Assembly: GCA_024679065.1 (NCBI GenBank)
Contig: JAGIQG010000004.1
Span: 70,680,001-70,744,000 of the forward strand
Source of the DNA: Sphyrna mokarran
Lineage: Eukaryota
Direction of reading: 5' to 3'
Length of the DNA: 64,000 bases
The position numbers and the translations under genes were made by a program. This document shows positions 1-11,659 of the stretch, in pieces. Each line of letters starts with the position of its first letter. Within the stretch, counting starts at the first letter, position 1. The notes under the pieces are model-generated. The model had not been told where the DNA came from and made no database searches. It saw nothing but the letters and a program-made list of their open reading frames with translations.

Positions 1-325
1 GGGTCCTTGATTATGATGGCTGCTTTTCCAAGGCAGCAGGAAGAGTCAATGGTTGGGAGGCTGTTTTGTGTGGTAGGTGGGCTACTTCACAACCCTTTGT
101 AGTTTCTTGCAGTCTTGGGCAGAGCAGGAGTCATATCAACCTGTGATACAATCAGAAAGAATGCTTTTTATGGCGTATCTGTAAAAATTGGTGAGAGTCA
201 TGCCAAATTTCCTTAGCCTCCTGAGAAAGTAGAGGCATTGTTAGGCTTTCTTAACTTTAGTGTCACGTGAAGGGGATATTGTTCGTGATCTGGACACCAA
301 GAAACTTGAAACTCTTTACCATTTT
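1..325 (-). mobile_element. Rex1/Babar-type LINE fragment (RT C-terminal region), runs off window start
   Basis: Clearly homologous to the copies at 5855-6600 and 12080-12965, e.g. shared GCAGAGCAGGAG.CATA.CAA.CTGTGATA and GTAAAA.TTGGTGAGAGT. Confidence 0.8.
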
Positions 326-1319
326 GTCAAAGGAGAAGACACCAAGCAGAAGCAATAGCCAGCAGCCATTGGCTTCATCAAATTTGACTCTTGCCATGAA
401 AGTCTTGACAGATCCCAACAATTTTATAGGTATCAGTTCATCAATTCACTTTTTATCCATTTTTGGAACTTGGGCATTGGTGGCTAAGCCAGCATTTCAT
501 ACTTATCCTCAGTTGCCCTTGAGAATCTGATGCTGAGACTCAATGGACTGCTCATGGAAGAGACAGACTACAAGAAAAGCATTATAGATGCGTAAGAGTT
601 ATGATACAGTGTAGACGTGGGCTCATGAAGGGTGCTCTAAGAATTCACCAAACATCACTGTCATATAGTTAGATGAGTATTTCTATTGAAACTGTTCCCA
701 GCTTTGCCCATGGTGAAATTACAAAGATGATCTGTTTGAGTTCTGTAGAACAGTCAGAAAGTATTCCTTATCAGATGCAATTATGATTTAATTTCTTTTG
801 CAGTGGATTCATAGGACCTGTTGCAGTCTGCACGCACTCCCACAGCTCTGATATGTGGGGGTGTTTCAGAAATTTAACCCAGCAATAATGAAGGAATAGC
901 AATCTATGTCCAATTTATATGCTGCAAATTGAATAATACTGTACTTTAAAGACCAAATTAATTATTCTGGAATTTGAAACTCTGTCGAACCATGAAGAAA
1001 CAAAGTTCATTATTATTCTTGGCTTCCAGTTGAAAGAACATATGGTAATTTGAAAATTAACTTTGGATTATTCTGGTGGCTATTCACTTTGCAGGAGAAC
1101 TGCCAGGTCTTTACAATGCGTCATCTTCTATGTCTACATTTAATAATATCAGTGTGGATGTCTGTGGCCAGTTTGTTGTCTGATCCAAACCAGGAATTTG
1201 CAGGTTATTACCTGCATTATTAATCTAATTGTGAACTGTTAATAGCTCATTATAGCCAACTTTCTTTGAATACATCCCCACATGTATCATCACATGAGCT
1301 CCAGTTTCTTGGGCGAACA

Positions 1320-2630
1320 TTTTTAAAATTTATTTATGGTATGTGGACATCACTGGTTAGTCCAGCATTTATGGTGTATCCCTAGTTTTCTTTGAGAAGA
1401 TGATGGCATGCTGCCTTTTTGAACAACTGGCAGTCCCGAGATGTAAGTACACTCACTCCTGAGGGAGGAAGTTCCAGGATTTTGAACCAGTCACAGTAAA
1501 GGAATGATGATACATTTCCGAGTCAGGATAGTGAATAGCTGGAAAGAGAATCTCCAGGTGGTGGTGTTCACATGTGTCTGTTGTTCTTATCCATCTAGAT
1601 GGTAGTGGTTATGAATTTGGAAGGTGCTGCTTAATGAAGTTGGGTGACTTCCAACAGCATATCTTGTAAATAGTACATAGAGTTGCTGCTGTTTTTGTCG
1701 GTGGTTGAGAAATTTAATATTTGTGGAAGGGATAGCAATTAAGCGGACAGCTTTGTCCTGGTTGCTGTCGAGCTTCTTGAATATTGTTGGAACTGCATTC
1801 ATCCAGGCAAGTGGAGAATATTCCATCATGTTCCTGACTTGCGCCTTGTAGATGACGGATAGGCTTTGGCGAGTCAGAGGAGAGTTCCTGCTGGCAGATT
1901 CCTAGTCCTTGACCTGTTCTTGTAGTCACAGTATTTATGTGGCTAATCAATTTCAGTTTCTAATCAATGGTAACCTCAAAAATGATGGCAGTGGGAAATT
2001 ATGGAATGCCATTAAATCTTAAGGGATGATGATTAGATTCTCTCTTGTGTGGAACAAATGTTACTTGTCAGTCCAAGCTGGGATATTGTCCAGTTCTTGT
2101 TGCATTTAGAAATAGACTGCTTTGTTATCCAAGGAATTGTGAATGGTTCTGAACATTATACAGTTATCAATGGACAGCCCCACTTCTGACCTTGCGATGG
2201 AAGGAAAGTCATTGATGAGGCAGTTGAAGATGGTTGGCTCTAGTTCAGTACACTGGGGGACATCCAGAGTGATATTCTGGAGCTGAAATGATTGACCTCC
2301 AACAACCACAACCATCTTCCTTTGTGCCAGGTATGAATGAAGCCACTGGAGGACTTTCCCCTGAATCTCATTGAGTTTTTTTTTAAATTCATTCATGGGA
2401 CATGGATATCACTGTCCAGTCAGTAGTTATATCCATCCCTACTTGCCCTTGAGAAGGTGATGGTAAGCTGTGTTCTTGAAATATGGCAGTTCACGTGCTG
2501 AGGGTTGACTCGCAATGCTGTTAAGGAGGGAATTGCTACGGCTCCAGAATTAGTCAAATGCTGTCTTGATGTCTAAGGCAGTCACTCTCATCTCACCTCT
2601 GTCATTCAGCTCTTTTGACCGCATTTGAAT
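1320..2630 (-). mobile_element. CR1-superclade (Zenon/Crack-like) LINE, degenerate, with a 3' fragment of the same family nested at ~2385-2533
   Basis: ORFs 1587-1829 (MEYSPLAWM..KKLD..QDKAVRLI) and 2106-2396 (L.WLHSYLAQRKMVVVVGGQ..VPQ..PTIFNCLIND) are RT-domain remnants. The family 3' end recurs many times in the window. Confidence 0.8.
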
Positions 2631-3974
2631 CATATTCTGCCTCTAATATTTTTCTACTTAATAAAAGATACACATAAAATAGAAGGAAAAGCATATAACT
2701 TTTCTTATGTCCTCTATGATTTTTCTCTCCAGTTTCTCATAGAAATTCCTGGAGACATCAAGACAACTTTAGATTGTTCTTTTCTTTGTTCTTTGGATGG
2801 CAAACCTGTATAAACATAATATAACTTGCATCAAGTCAAACTGAAAGCTTGTGACTAAAACTGCCTCATAGTCTGCACACGAGTCTAATGTTCATTCTCT
2901 GACATTGAGGGAAGGCAACATAGCAGGCAAACCAAGTTATAGACGTCCTCTAGTTTTACAACCAAGTCTTGGTTTGCATCAACATATTCTCCCAATGCAT
3001 CACTCAATTGAGCAGATTTCACCAAAGCCTATACAATACACAAATGCAAAAGACCTTCATTCACTCTTGCATTGTTCCCCCTCACCCCCAATCTAGTTTA
3101 TAGGACTGCACTTTCCCATCCCTGGTGCTCCTGAAGTCTTTGTTGCTGTAAGTGCAATTCAAACTCATTCACTGTCCATGAATATTGCTATTTGTTACAA
3201 GACTTTTGATATGTGCGTTTGTTTGGTTGTTTCCATCTTTTGCTGATTTAGCTTCATGGAAACAACTGGAAAACTGATAATTCTGATTTTTTGACGTAGG
3301 GTGACCTTGAACAAGATTCCAATTCATTTTCAGCTGCAGGGGTCCATTTGTCCTCAAGGAAAGTCTGAATACATCAATCGCACACAAAATATATTTGTTG
3401 ACTGTGCAGTCTACTGTGCTGCTCTTATTAACCGCCTGATCCCTTCAGTTTAGACAACATTGTAAATCACACATATCATAAACTATCTTTTCAGACATAA
3501 CAATCACTTGCATTCATGCTCCATTCCATTGTAACTTCAAACAAAAGTTACTGAGAATGAAACTTCCACAGAGGTAAAGTTGGCCCTTGTCTGCTAGATG
3601 GGGAGCATTTCACACCGAGTGCTGAGAATTAGAATTTTTTCCCTCACCCCTTCAGGTTGTTCTATATTTGTGCCATAATTTATTGGAAATGCAATTTGAT
3701 AATGTTCCACTATCTATCACCTCAACCAAAATGAGAGAAAGAAGGGAAGGGAATCTGGGTGAATTAGATGAGGGTCAAATTAGTCATAGAAAAATAATTA
3801 AAGTCAGTGAAAGAAGAATTCGTTTAAAATAAAGAGATAAAAAACAGACAAAAAGGTAAAGTAAGAAAATCAGTTAAAATGTAAGAAATTGCTGGGAACA
3901 ATGTTACTTACTTGCAGGAATGAGACTTCACAATTTCATTGGTTTCTCTTCTGAATATATAAGAGTGAATGTTT

Positions 3975-4100
3975 GGGATGATTTTTTCCATTCCACCTGC
4001 CACGGGAATCAAAGTGGGTGAGGGCGGACTACGAAAAGTTCCATTGACCTTGGGCAGGATTTTCCGGTTTCAGGATGAGCGTGGCTGGGAAATCTCGCCC
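3975..4100. mobile_element. Short MITE, PIF/Harbinger-like
   Basis: Imperfect TIRs GGGATGATTT / AAATCTCGCCC, TTT on both sides (3-bp TSD). Homologous to 4263-4398 and 48087-48213. Confidence 0.7.
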
Positions 4101-4262
4101 TTTGAGTCCCTCTCCAGATTAGATGGTTGAGGAAGATCCATTCATAATGTGATTAAAATGGTTGATTATCAACCTGTAAATTTTTCCAATATATCAGTGG
4201 CAAAATTGGAAGAATCTCCTGATCAGCCTTAAATGATGCTGAGTGGCATGTCTCAAGCTATA

Positions 4263-4398
4263 GGGATAAATTTTCTAGTTTCATCTGTCACGGAATCATT
4301 GTGGGTAAGACAGAATATTTAATGAAACATTGAATGGTGCATTGACCTCAGATGGGAATTTTCGGCCTTGGGGCAGGCATAACTGGACAAAAACCACC
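4263..4398. mobile_element. Short MITE, same family as 3975-4100
   Basis: Shares internal CACGG.AATC..GTGGGT and CATTGACCT..GGGA.TTT motifs; ATA flanks both ends. Confidence 0.6.
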
Positions 4399-5356
4399 AT
4401 AATTTCTGGTGATAGGCTGGAGACTATCCAGATGTGAGCGTGCACTATGTCTGCTCACACCCCTCCAAATGCAGGAAGCATTCTAAGGCTAATTTTTCAC
4501 TCAGGACTATGAGGCAAATAATGCACATCATTTGGAAATACCATCCCTAAATGGCAATGGCAAGAGTAATCCACATAAATCCAAAAATATCACAATTGGC
4601 CGTGTGATTTTGTGAAGTTTTATTGAGGTTAATGGTAGCATAAATTGTGGAATAAAGTGTGGAGAATCTGAATTCCCCTCTTCCACAAATTGCTGGGTTT
4701 TCTTTGTAAGCTAATATTAACGAGTGCGGTGAAAGTACTATTATTTTTCGAACAATCTCATGGCCAATCACACAAGGATCCTTTCTGTTTACCGAGCTTT
4801 CTTTTCAATTTTTTTCCTTTTAAAAATGAAGAAATAATTTAAATATCATTTTAGGAAGCCAGTGAGCAAATGTAATTTAAAACTCAGCAGGGTTCCTCAT
4901 AAAGTCATAAACTTGTCTGGAATAAAATGCCACCAAGCACAGTGATTTTTTTTCTTAAAATACAACTTGCAATTGTTTTTCAGTTAGGGTGCATTACTGT
5001 CCAATGCTTTCATGACCAATAGATTTATTATACAGTGTGGCAGATATGTCATTAGGATTCAGGACACGGATGAGATTGTCAAATTGCTATCAGCATAAGA
5101 GTGAATTTTAGTGTTCTGAAAGAGTTGTAATACGTTAACGACTGACTTGATCAATTAAGGGAAAAATTGTCTTCATTGCATTTCTTTGTTATCCTTGTGT
5201 ACTCTCTATTGAATGCTATCCTTCACTTAAGATTTAGCAGATTAAAAATCGCTGTATTATCACTGGTCTCAGAACATTAGAAACATAGGAACAGGAGTAG
5301 GCTACTCCATTCTTTGGTGTTTAGGGGAGGCACTGACATTGTGGTATTTTCACACA

Positions 5357-5457
5357 CAGAAAAACAGAAAATGCTGGAAAGTCTCAGCAGATCTGACAGC
5401 ATCTGTGGAGAGAGAACAGAGTTAATGTTTTGAGCCTCGATGATCCTTTGGCAGAAT
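5357..5457 (-). mobile_element. Penelope-like terminal (pLTR) fragment with decayed hammerhead region
   Basis: Minus strand reads TTCTGCCAAAGGATC..GGCTCAAAACATTAACTCTG..CTCTCTCCACAGATGCTG..CTGCTGAG. Same family as 55565-55660 and 58328-58455. Confidence 0.6.
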
Positions 5458-5469
5458 TTTTCATCAGAG

Positions 5470-5660
5470 AATAGTGCAATTGTCAAATGGCTCGTAATCC
5501 AGAGACCCACAATGATGCTCTGGAGACTCAGGTTCAAATCCTACCATGGCTGATGGTGAAATATAAATTCAAATTTTTAAAAAGTCTAATGACAACCATG
5601 GTTGATTGTCATAACTTATCTCATTCACCAAAATACTTTAAGGAAGGAAATGTGTCTGGA
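5470..5660 (+). mobile_element. tRNA-derived SINE (5' part)
   Basis: B-box GGTTCAAATCC at ~5531. A related copy lies in the opposite orientation at ~54530-54830. Confidence 0.65.
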
Positions 5661-5854
5661 GTAGTGATTCCAGACACACTTCCTCCCCCACCCTCCGCCC
5701 CTGCCCCCTCTCCACCAGCAGAAATAATTTTTCTCTACCCATCCTCTCCAAACCTGGAATCATTTAAAACTTTTCAATTAGATCATTCCTCAATCTTCAA
5801 GGGAATATTCAAGGTAATTCATGCCTAGTCTATGCAACCCTTTGTCATAACTGA

Positions 5855-6600
5855 TCTGATTTGATTTTATTAATTATTGTCACAGGTATTAACATACAGT
5901 GAAAAGTATTGTTTCTTGTGTGTTATACAGACACAGCATAGCGTTCGCTGAAAAGAAGAGAGTGCAGAATGTAGTATTACAGTCATAGTGTAGAGAAAGA
6001 TTAATTTAGTAAGAAGTAGATCCATTCAAATGTTTGACGGTAGCAGGAAAGCAGCTCTTCTTGAGTTGGTTGGTACATGATCTCAGGCTTTCGTATCTCA
6101 TTCCCGATCAAAAAAGGTGAAAAAGCATATGCTTGGTGTATGTGGGACTTTATTACACTGGCTGCTTTCCTGAGGCAGATGGAAGTGTAGGCAAAGTCAA
6201 TGGATGGGAGGCTGGCTTACATGATGGACTGGGCTATATTCATGAGCCTTTGTATTTTTTTGCGGTCTTGCAGGAGCCATACCAAGCTGTGATAAAATCA
6301 GAAAAAATGCTTTCTATAGTGCATCTGTAAAAGCTGGTGAGAGTTGCAGCTGACATGCCAAATTTCCTCAGTCTTCTGAGGAAGTAGTGGCGTTTCTTAA
6401 CTAATGTTGGCATTGGGGGGGACTGGACTAGGACAGGCTCTTGGTGATCTGGGCACCTAAAAACTTGAAGCTCTCAACCAATTCTACTTCATCCTCATTG
6501 ATGTAGACAGGGACATGTTCTCTACTGTGCTTCCTGAAGTCGATGACTATCTATTTCATTGACATTGAGGGAGAGATTATTGTCATCATAACAGTTCATA
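5855..6600 (-). mobile_element. Rex1/Babar-type LINE, 5'-truncated, inserted in a CR1 fossil
   Basis: (TGATT)-like tail at ~5855 followed by ATTGTCAC..CATACAGTGAAAAGTA; homologous to 12080-12965. Confidence 0.8.
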
Positions 6601-6930
6601 CTAACCTTTGTCTGTCTCAGACTAACCTTTTTACCTCCTGTATCAATTTAGTAAATCTGTACTGCTCCTACTACAATACCAATATAACTTGGACTGTAAT
6701 AGTCAAAACTTGAAGCTCTCGACTATTTCTACTTCATCCTCATTGATGTAGAGAGGTACATGTTCTGTACTGTGTTTTGTTGACATTGAGGGAGAGATTA
6801 TTGTCATCATACCAGTTCACCAGATTCTCTATCTCATTCTTATACTAACTTTTTTTTACTTTCTGTATCAATATAGTAAATACATACTGCACCTACTACA
6901 ACATCAATATAGCTTTGATTATAATGGTCA
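6460..6930. repeat. Old tandem duplication (~245 + ~226 bp units)
   Basis: Units start with AAAACTTGAAGCTCTC at 6460 and 6705; both end in ACTACAA..CAATATA.CTT.GA.T.TAAT.GTCA. Confidence 0.85.
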
Positions 6931-7419
6931 GAACTAACGCAGTATTAGATAAGATCTAACCACAAATTTATAGAACCGTGACAGAAATGTTAGAGTTTAT
7001 ATTCTGGCCAACATTCCAGTCACCATTTTAATTTTTTTTTATATCTGCCCAACAATATATAATGAAAATAGGATCCCTAAATCTTTTTGCTCCTCTTCCC
7101 AAATTCTCAGCATTTAAAAGATATCTTGGCCTATCTTTCTTAGATTCAAAGTGGTTGATGTCACACTTCCCAAATTGAACTCCAATTGCCACAGTTTTGC
7201 CAATTCATTTTATTAATATCCAATGTAAATTTCTACTTCCATCGCCAACTATTTGCTGTGCCACCCAACATAATAGCGCAGCAACATTCAATATGTGTTA
7301 GTGCTAGCCTAGTCGTATGTTAATGAAAGAAATTGCCTTTCCTGACCTTGTGATGTCCCCAAGTGCTTTTCAGCTGATTAAATTCTCCTGATGTGTAGAA
7401 GTTGAAGCCCCAAGGAACG

Positions 7420-8380
7420 AGAGAGACATTGGCAATGTTGATACAGATTCATTTGAATGACAGGAAAGAGCAGTGGTGACCAGTTATCTTTCGGGCTAAA
7501 GGAAGGTATACAGTGGGGTTTCTAGGGGGCTGGTACAAGGGTCACTGGTATATATTAATGACCTAGACTTGACAGTACAAGGCACAATTTCAAAATGTGC
7601 AGATGACATTACACTTAGAGGATTGGTGAAAGATGAAGCATAGAGTGATCTATTTCAGGAAGTCATAAAAATTCTGATGGAATGGGAAGACATATGAGGA
7701 GTGACATTTGATGATAAAGGGTACATTTGGTTGGAAGCATACAAATAAAAGGTACAATTGTAAAGGAGTTGTAAAAACCAAGAGACCTGTATGATCTATG
7801 TGCACAAGCTATTGAAAGTTGCAGGACAGGTTGAGAAAATACTTAAAAAGAACTGTGGAATCCAAAGGCTTATTATACAAAACCAAGGATATTATGATGA
7901 ATCTTTAAAAAATTTGGCTTCAGTTGGAATCTTATGTCCAGTTCTGGGTACTGCAGTTTGGGAAGGTTGTGAATTGGACAGAAATGAGCTTACATAAAAT
8001 GAGAATTGATAGAATTAGACAAAAATGATACTGTTACATGGATAGATTGGAGAAGTTGCAATGGTTCTACTCAAAGAAAAGAGGATTAAATGAAGATTTG
8101 ATAGAGGTATTCAAAATCACAAGGGGTTTGATCAGAGAGGATAAGAAAACATGTTCCCATTATTGGAAACATCAAGAATCAGAGGGCCTCAAGGTCCAAT
8201 ACCAACTTGAGGAAAAACAACTACATTGATTGGTGATCAGGAATACGTTGCCTGGAATTGAAGCAAAGAGTTGATCATGGCTTTTAAAAATGAATTGGAC
8301 AAGTATCTAAAGTGAAAAAATAATTGGAGGGAAAAGGAAGTGGGATTAGTTAAACTACTCTTACAGAAGCTGTAACAAAA
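7420..8380 (+). mobile_element. CR1 LINE 3' part, degenerate
   Basis: ORF 8038-8229 (DRLEKL..RGLNEDLIEVFKI.RG) and a K.ADD-like motif at ~7593-7607. Confidence 0.8.
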
Positions 8381-8479
8381 TACCCCAGTCCAATGCTGGC
8401 ATCTCCACATCATGACAAATTCAACAGCCCAATCTTTGCAACTGTTCAATGATTGTGCGCCTTTTTGCACAGGAAGTTC

Positions 8480-8700
8480 CCACAAATAACAATGGAATTT
8501 CTCTGATCTTCAAAATAGAGCAATTGGATGTTCTACATTTTTGTGAGTGGACAATCAAGGCACTCAATTTAACATCTCATCTGAATGGTGGTTCATTCAA
8601 AAGATGCAGCACCAACCCAGTACTGAAGCAACAGCTTAAATTATGTAATGCGGAGTGAGTTTGAACCAGAAGGTTTGAGACTGAAAGGAAGTTTGAAACT
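8480..8700 (-). mobile_element. Deu-domain SINE (SacSINE1-like) fragment
   Basis: TTTAACATCTCATCTGAA..GCAGCAC..CAGTACTG..TTATGT..GGAGTG..TTGAACC; homologous to 10640-10960 and 44140-44640. Confidence 0.6.
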
Positions 8701-9804
8701 ACTGATTATTGCAGTTCATATATGCTGGATAGCAGGGCATTAGGTGTAAGATTCCGATACATCCTCTGCCCCGCCCTTTCCCCTCTCGTCTCTCACCAAA
8801 CATTACACTGGGATTAAATCATTTCATAAATAAATGAGCATATATAAAATGGGAATTAGATAACTGAGGCTTTTGCTTTGCATTCAAATTACTTCTTGTG
8901 ATTTTCTTTGCATATAAATATGTTTGTGTGTTTTGAAGTAATAAGAAACCCATGGTAATATAAAGTTGGCATTCATACGGGATGGTAAAGCAACCATTCT
9001 GTAATGAAGCAAATGTGGTGTAGCATTTGAGAATTTGCACTCAGTCAGTGTACACTATCAGTCTGCTAGCAGTTCTGCCTCTATTGTATTCTGTGCTAAT
9101 TAAATCTGCCCTCTTGTTTATTTATTGGCTTCCAAAAATAGATTAGAATTTTTTATTTGTTCATGGGATGGGAGCGTCACTGGTAAGGCCAGCATTTGTT
9201 GTTATGTCTAATTGCCCTTGAGAAGGTGGTGGTGATTTGTGGAAGAACAGCATCAAATGTTGATCTGGCATTTGTTGATTATCAAATCCGAGCTCATTAC
9301 TTTACAAAATATTTTGTTGTTAAAAAGAATTAGAAGCTAATAAATGATTCATTTAGATTTAAATTAAGGAATGTAAAACAGCACTGCTATTTATTGACTT
9401 AACTAGTTAATCTGCTGTGCTGTTGTTAATGGTGAATCAGAGAACATGCTGTTTTCCTACAATTGGGGTGTTGATGGGCAATGGAAATATTAACAGGACC
9501 ATGAATTGCAGCAATAGAATGAGTCAAGGTTCATTTTTTATTCAAATGCACTCTGTGATTTTTTTTTTCTCACTGATGCTTTAGGATTGAATCCCATAGC
9601 ACTTGCCATTATTTTGTAATAACTGCAAATGAATGGCCTTTATGCTTAATTTATAATCTGTTAAATCTGTAGTTAACTTCTACCCCTTACGATTTTGAAA
9701 GCTGGAAAATTGCAGGATGCACCAAATGAATGCCAGCGTTTGATATTTAGGCAGTATTCAGAATGGTTCAGTGGGGTGTGTATGGTGTTTAACTGAATTT
9801 GATG

Positions 9805-10050
9805 GGTCATAGAGTCATAGATTTTTATAGCATGGAAACAGGCTCTTTGGCCCAACTTGTCTATGCTGCCGTTTCTTTTCAAACCCCTAAATTAATCCCA
9901 TTTGACCTATATCCTCCTATACCCATCTTATCCATGTAACTGTCTAAACGCTTTTTAAAAGATAAAATTGCCCCTCTGGGCACTTTTGTATCTCTTCCCT
10001 CCCACCTTAAACCTATGCCCTCTAGTTTCAGACTCGCCTACCTTTGTGAA
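9805..10050 (-). mobile_element. CR1 3' end fragment
   Basis: (GTCATAGA)-type tail, then AAACAGGCTCTTTGGCCCAAC and TTAAACCTATGCCCTCTAGTT. Confidence 0.75.
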
Positions 10051-10075
10051 AATGAAGGGGAGTCTTAAACTAGAC

Positions 10076-10179
10076 TCACTTGACGAAGCTCGTGATTCCA
10101 AATAAACTTGTTGGACTTTAACCTGTTATGAGACTTCTTATTGTGCCCACCCAAGTTCAACAGCGGCATCTCCACATCA
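10076..10179 (+). mobile_element. Penelope pLTR end remnant
   Basis: CAAATAAAC.TGTTGGACTTTAAC..GAGACTTCTTA matches the end of the Penelope element at 28451-28507. Confidence 0.75.
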
Positions 10180-10296
10180 AGGCTTCTTTGAGATTTTCGG
10201 GTTCGTGTTCCACCTCAGGACCTGAAAGCTAAAGAAGGTCCAAATTTGGATTCATAACACAGCCAAAACAGTTTGAGTGTCAACCTGCAAAATCCT

Positions 10297-10396
10297 TCTG
10301 AATGGTGGTTCATTCAAAAGATGCAGCACCAACCCAGTACTGAAGCAACAGCTTAAATTATGTAATGTGGAGTGAGTTTGAACCAGAAGGTTTGAG
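10297..10396 (+). repeat. 100-bp direct copy of 8580-8679
   Basis: 99/100 identity by direct reading; the single difference is CGG/TGG. Confidence 0.95.
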
Positions 10397-10639
10397 CCAA
10401 TGGACGAGACTGCTGGTCAGCCATATTTGATGTGAAGTAGCGCCCTTCAAACTATAAGCCTATAAGCCCCGGCAGCAGAGCAGCGACCACTTCTAGGAAA
10501 TATCTTGCTAGGTGAACAGATGAAAGTTTGCTTTGTGACCACTAGGTGTGGGAAGAGAAACAACAACAGATCTTCACAATCCAAGAAAAAGTGCATCCCA
10601 TCCTGCTATTGAGGTATGTATCACTTAAAAAAAGAAACA

Positions 10640-10960
10640 TTTGTAACTGTACAATAATGTACTAAAGCGTAAACCCCTTCTATAATGTCAAGAAATTCTG
10701 GCAGCCAACAGTAGCACACTGCAAATAGTAATACAATATATGACCAGGTAATTTTTTAAAATAAGATATTGGTTAATAGATAAATATTGACAGGAAGATC
10801 TCGCTAGGTCCACTTCAGAATAATGCAATGAGTTTTTTTTAATGCCTGTCGGAGAGGGGACACAGAGCCTTGGTTTAGCATCTTATCCAGAAGGTGTAAC
10901 CTCCCATAGTATTACAATGGTCTGATTTAAAAGTTCAAGTCTTCAGAGTATGTCAAGGCC
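10640..10960 (-). mobile_element. Deu-domain SINE fragment
   Basis: GCAGCCAA..ATGACCAG.TAAT..GATAAATATTG.CAGGA..GGTTTA.CATCT.ATCC; homologous to 44140-44640. Confidence 0.6.
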
Positions 10961-11070
10961 GCTCCTGAGAATCTAAAAGTACAGTAATGATCCAGAGTTC
11001 TGGACTAATTTATATCATGGAAGGTTCCGATTCACACATTGCTATGATGTAATTTTTTTTGTTTGTCTAC

Positions 11071-11163
11071 CCACTTGACAAAGGATCAGCCAGTTCTGAA
11101 AGCTAGTGGTGTTTGCTACAAATAAACCTGTTGGACTTTAACTTGGTATTGTGAGACTTCTTA
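11071..11163 (+). mobile_element. Penelope pLTR end remnant with decayed hammerhead
   Basis: CCAC-TTGACAA-AGGA..TTCT-GAAAGCTA-GTGG then CAAATAAACCTGTTGGACTTTAAC..GAGACTTCTTA. Confidence 0.75.
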
Positions 11164-11659
11164 TTGCAAATAAATGTACTTGAGCAGAGAAACTCTGAGA
11201 AGCTGATTTTCAAAGTATATCATTTACTTCTGTGTTACAACCGTTCAAAAAATACTTCAATGAGTATAAAGGGCATTGAAAGATGTGTGGTTTTGAAAGG
11301 TGCTATACAAAGACAAATCCTTCTTTAGTTATATTTGAAGATTGTGCAGTTCTTATTGTAATATTTGAAATTGTCTTGTTATATTTTATGTTGTGAATAA
11401 AATGCCACCCTGAAGAGGCTGGCACATTCAAAAGCTATTTACTTGAGAAGGGATTCATATTTAAAATTGGAAATAAGCCAGTGGCAGAGTTAAACACTGG
11501 AACCCTGTTAACATTAAGGAGCAGATAGGTTAACAAATCATGAAATCAAAGTCCTTATTCACCTGTATCTTCATATACATCACACATTATGATATGAGAT
11601 ATGCATTGTACCAAAGCAGGGGAGAAAGAGAGAGATGACAAGAACTGTATTTTTTTTTC

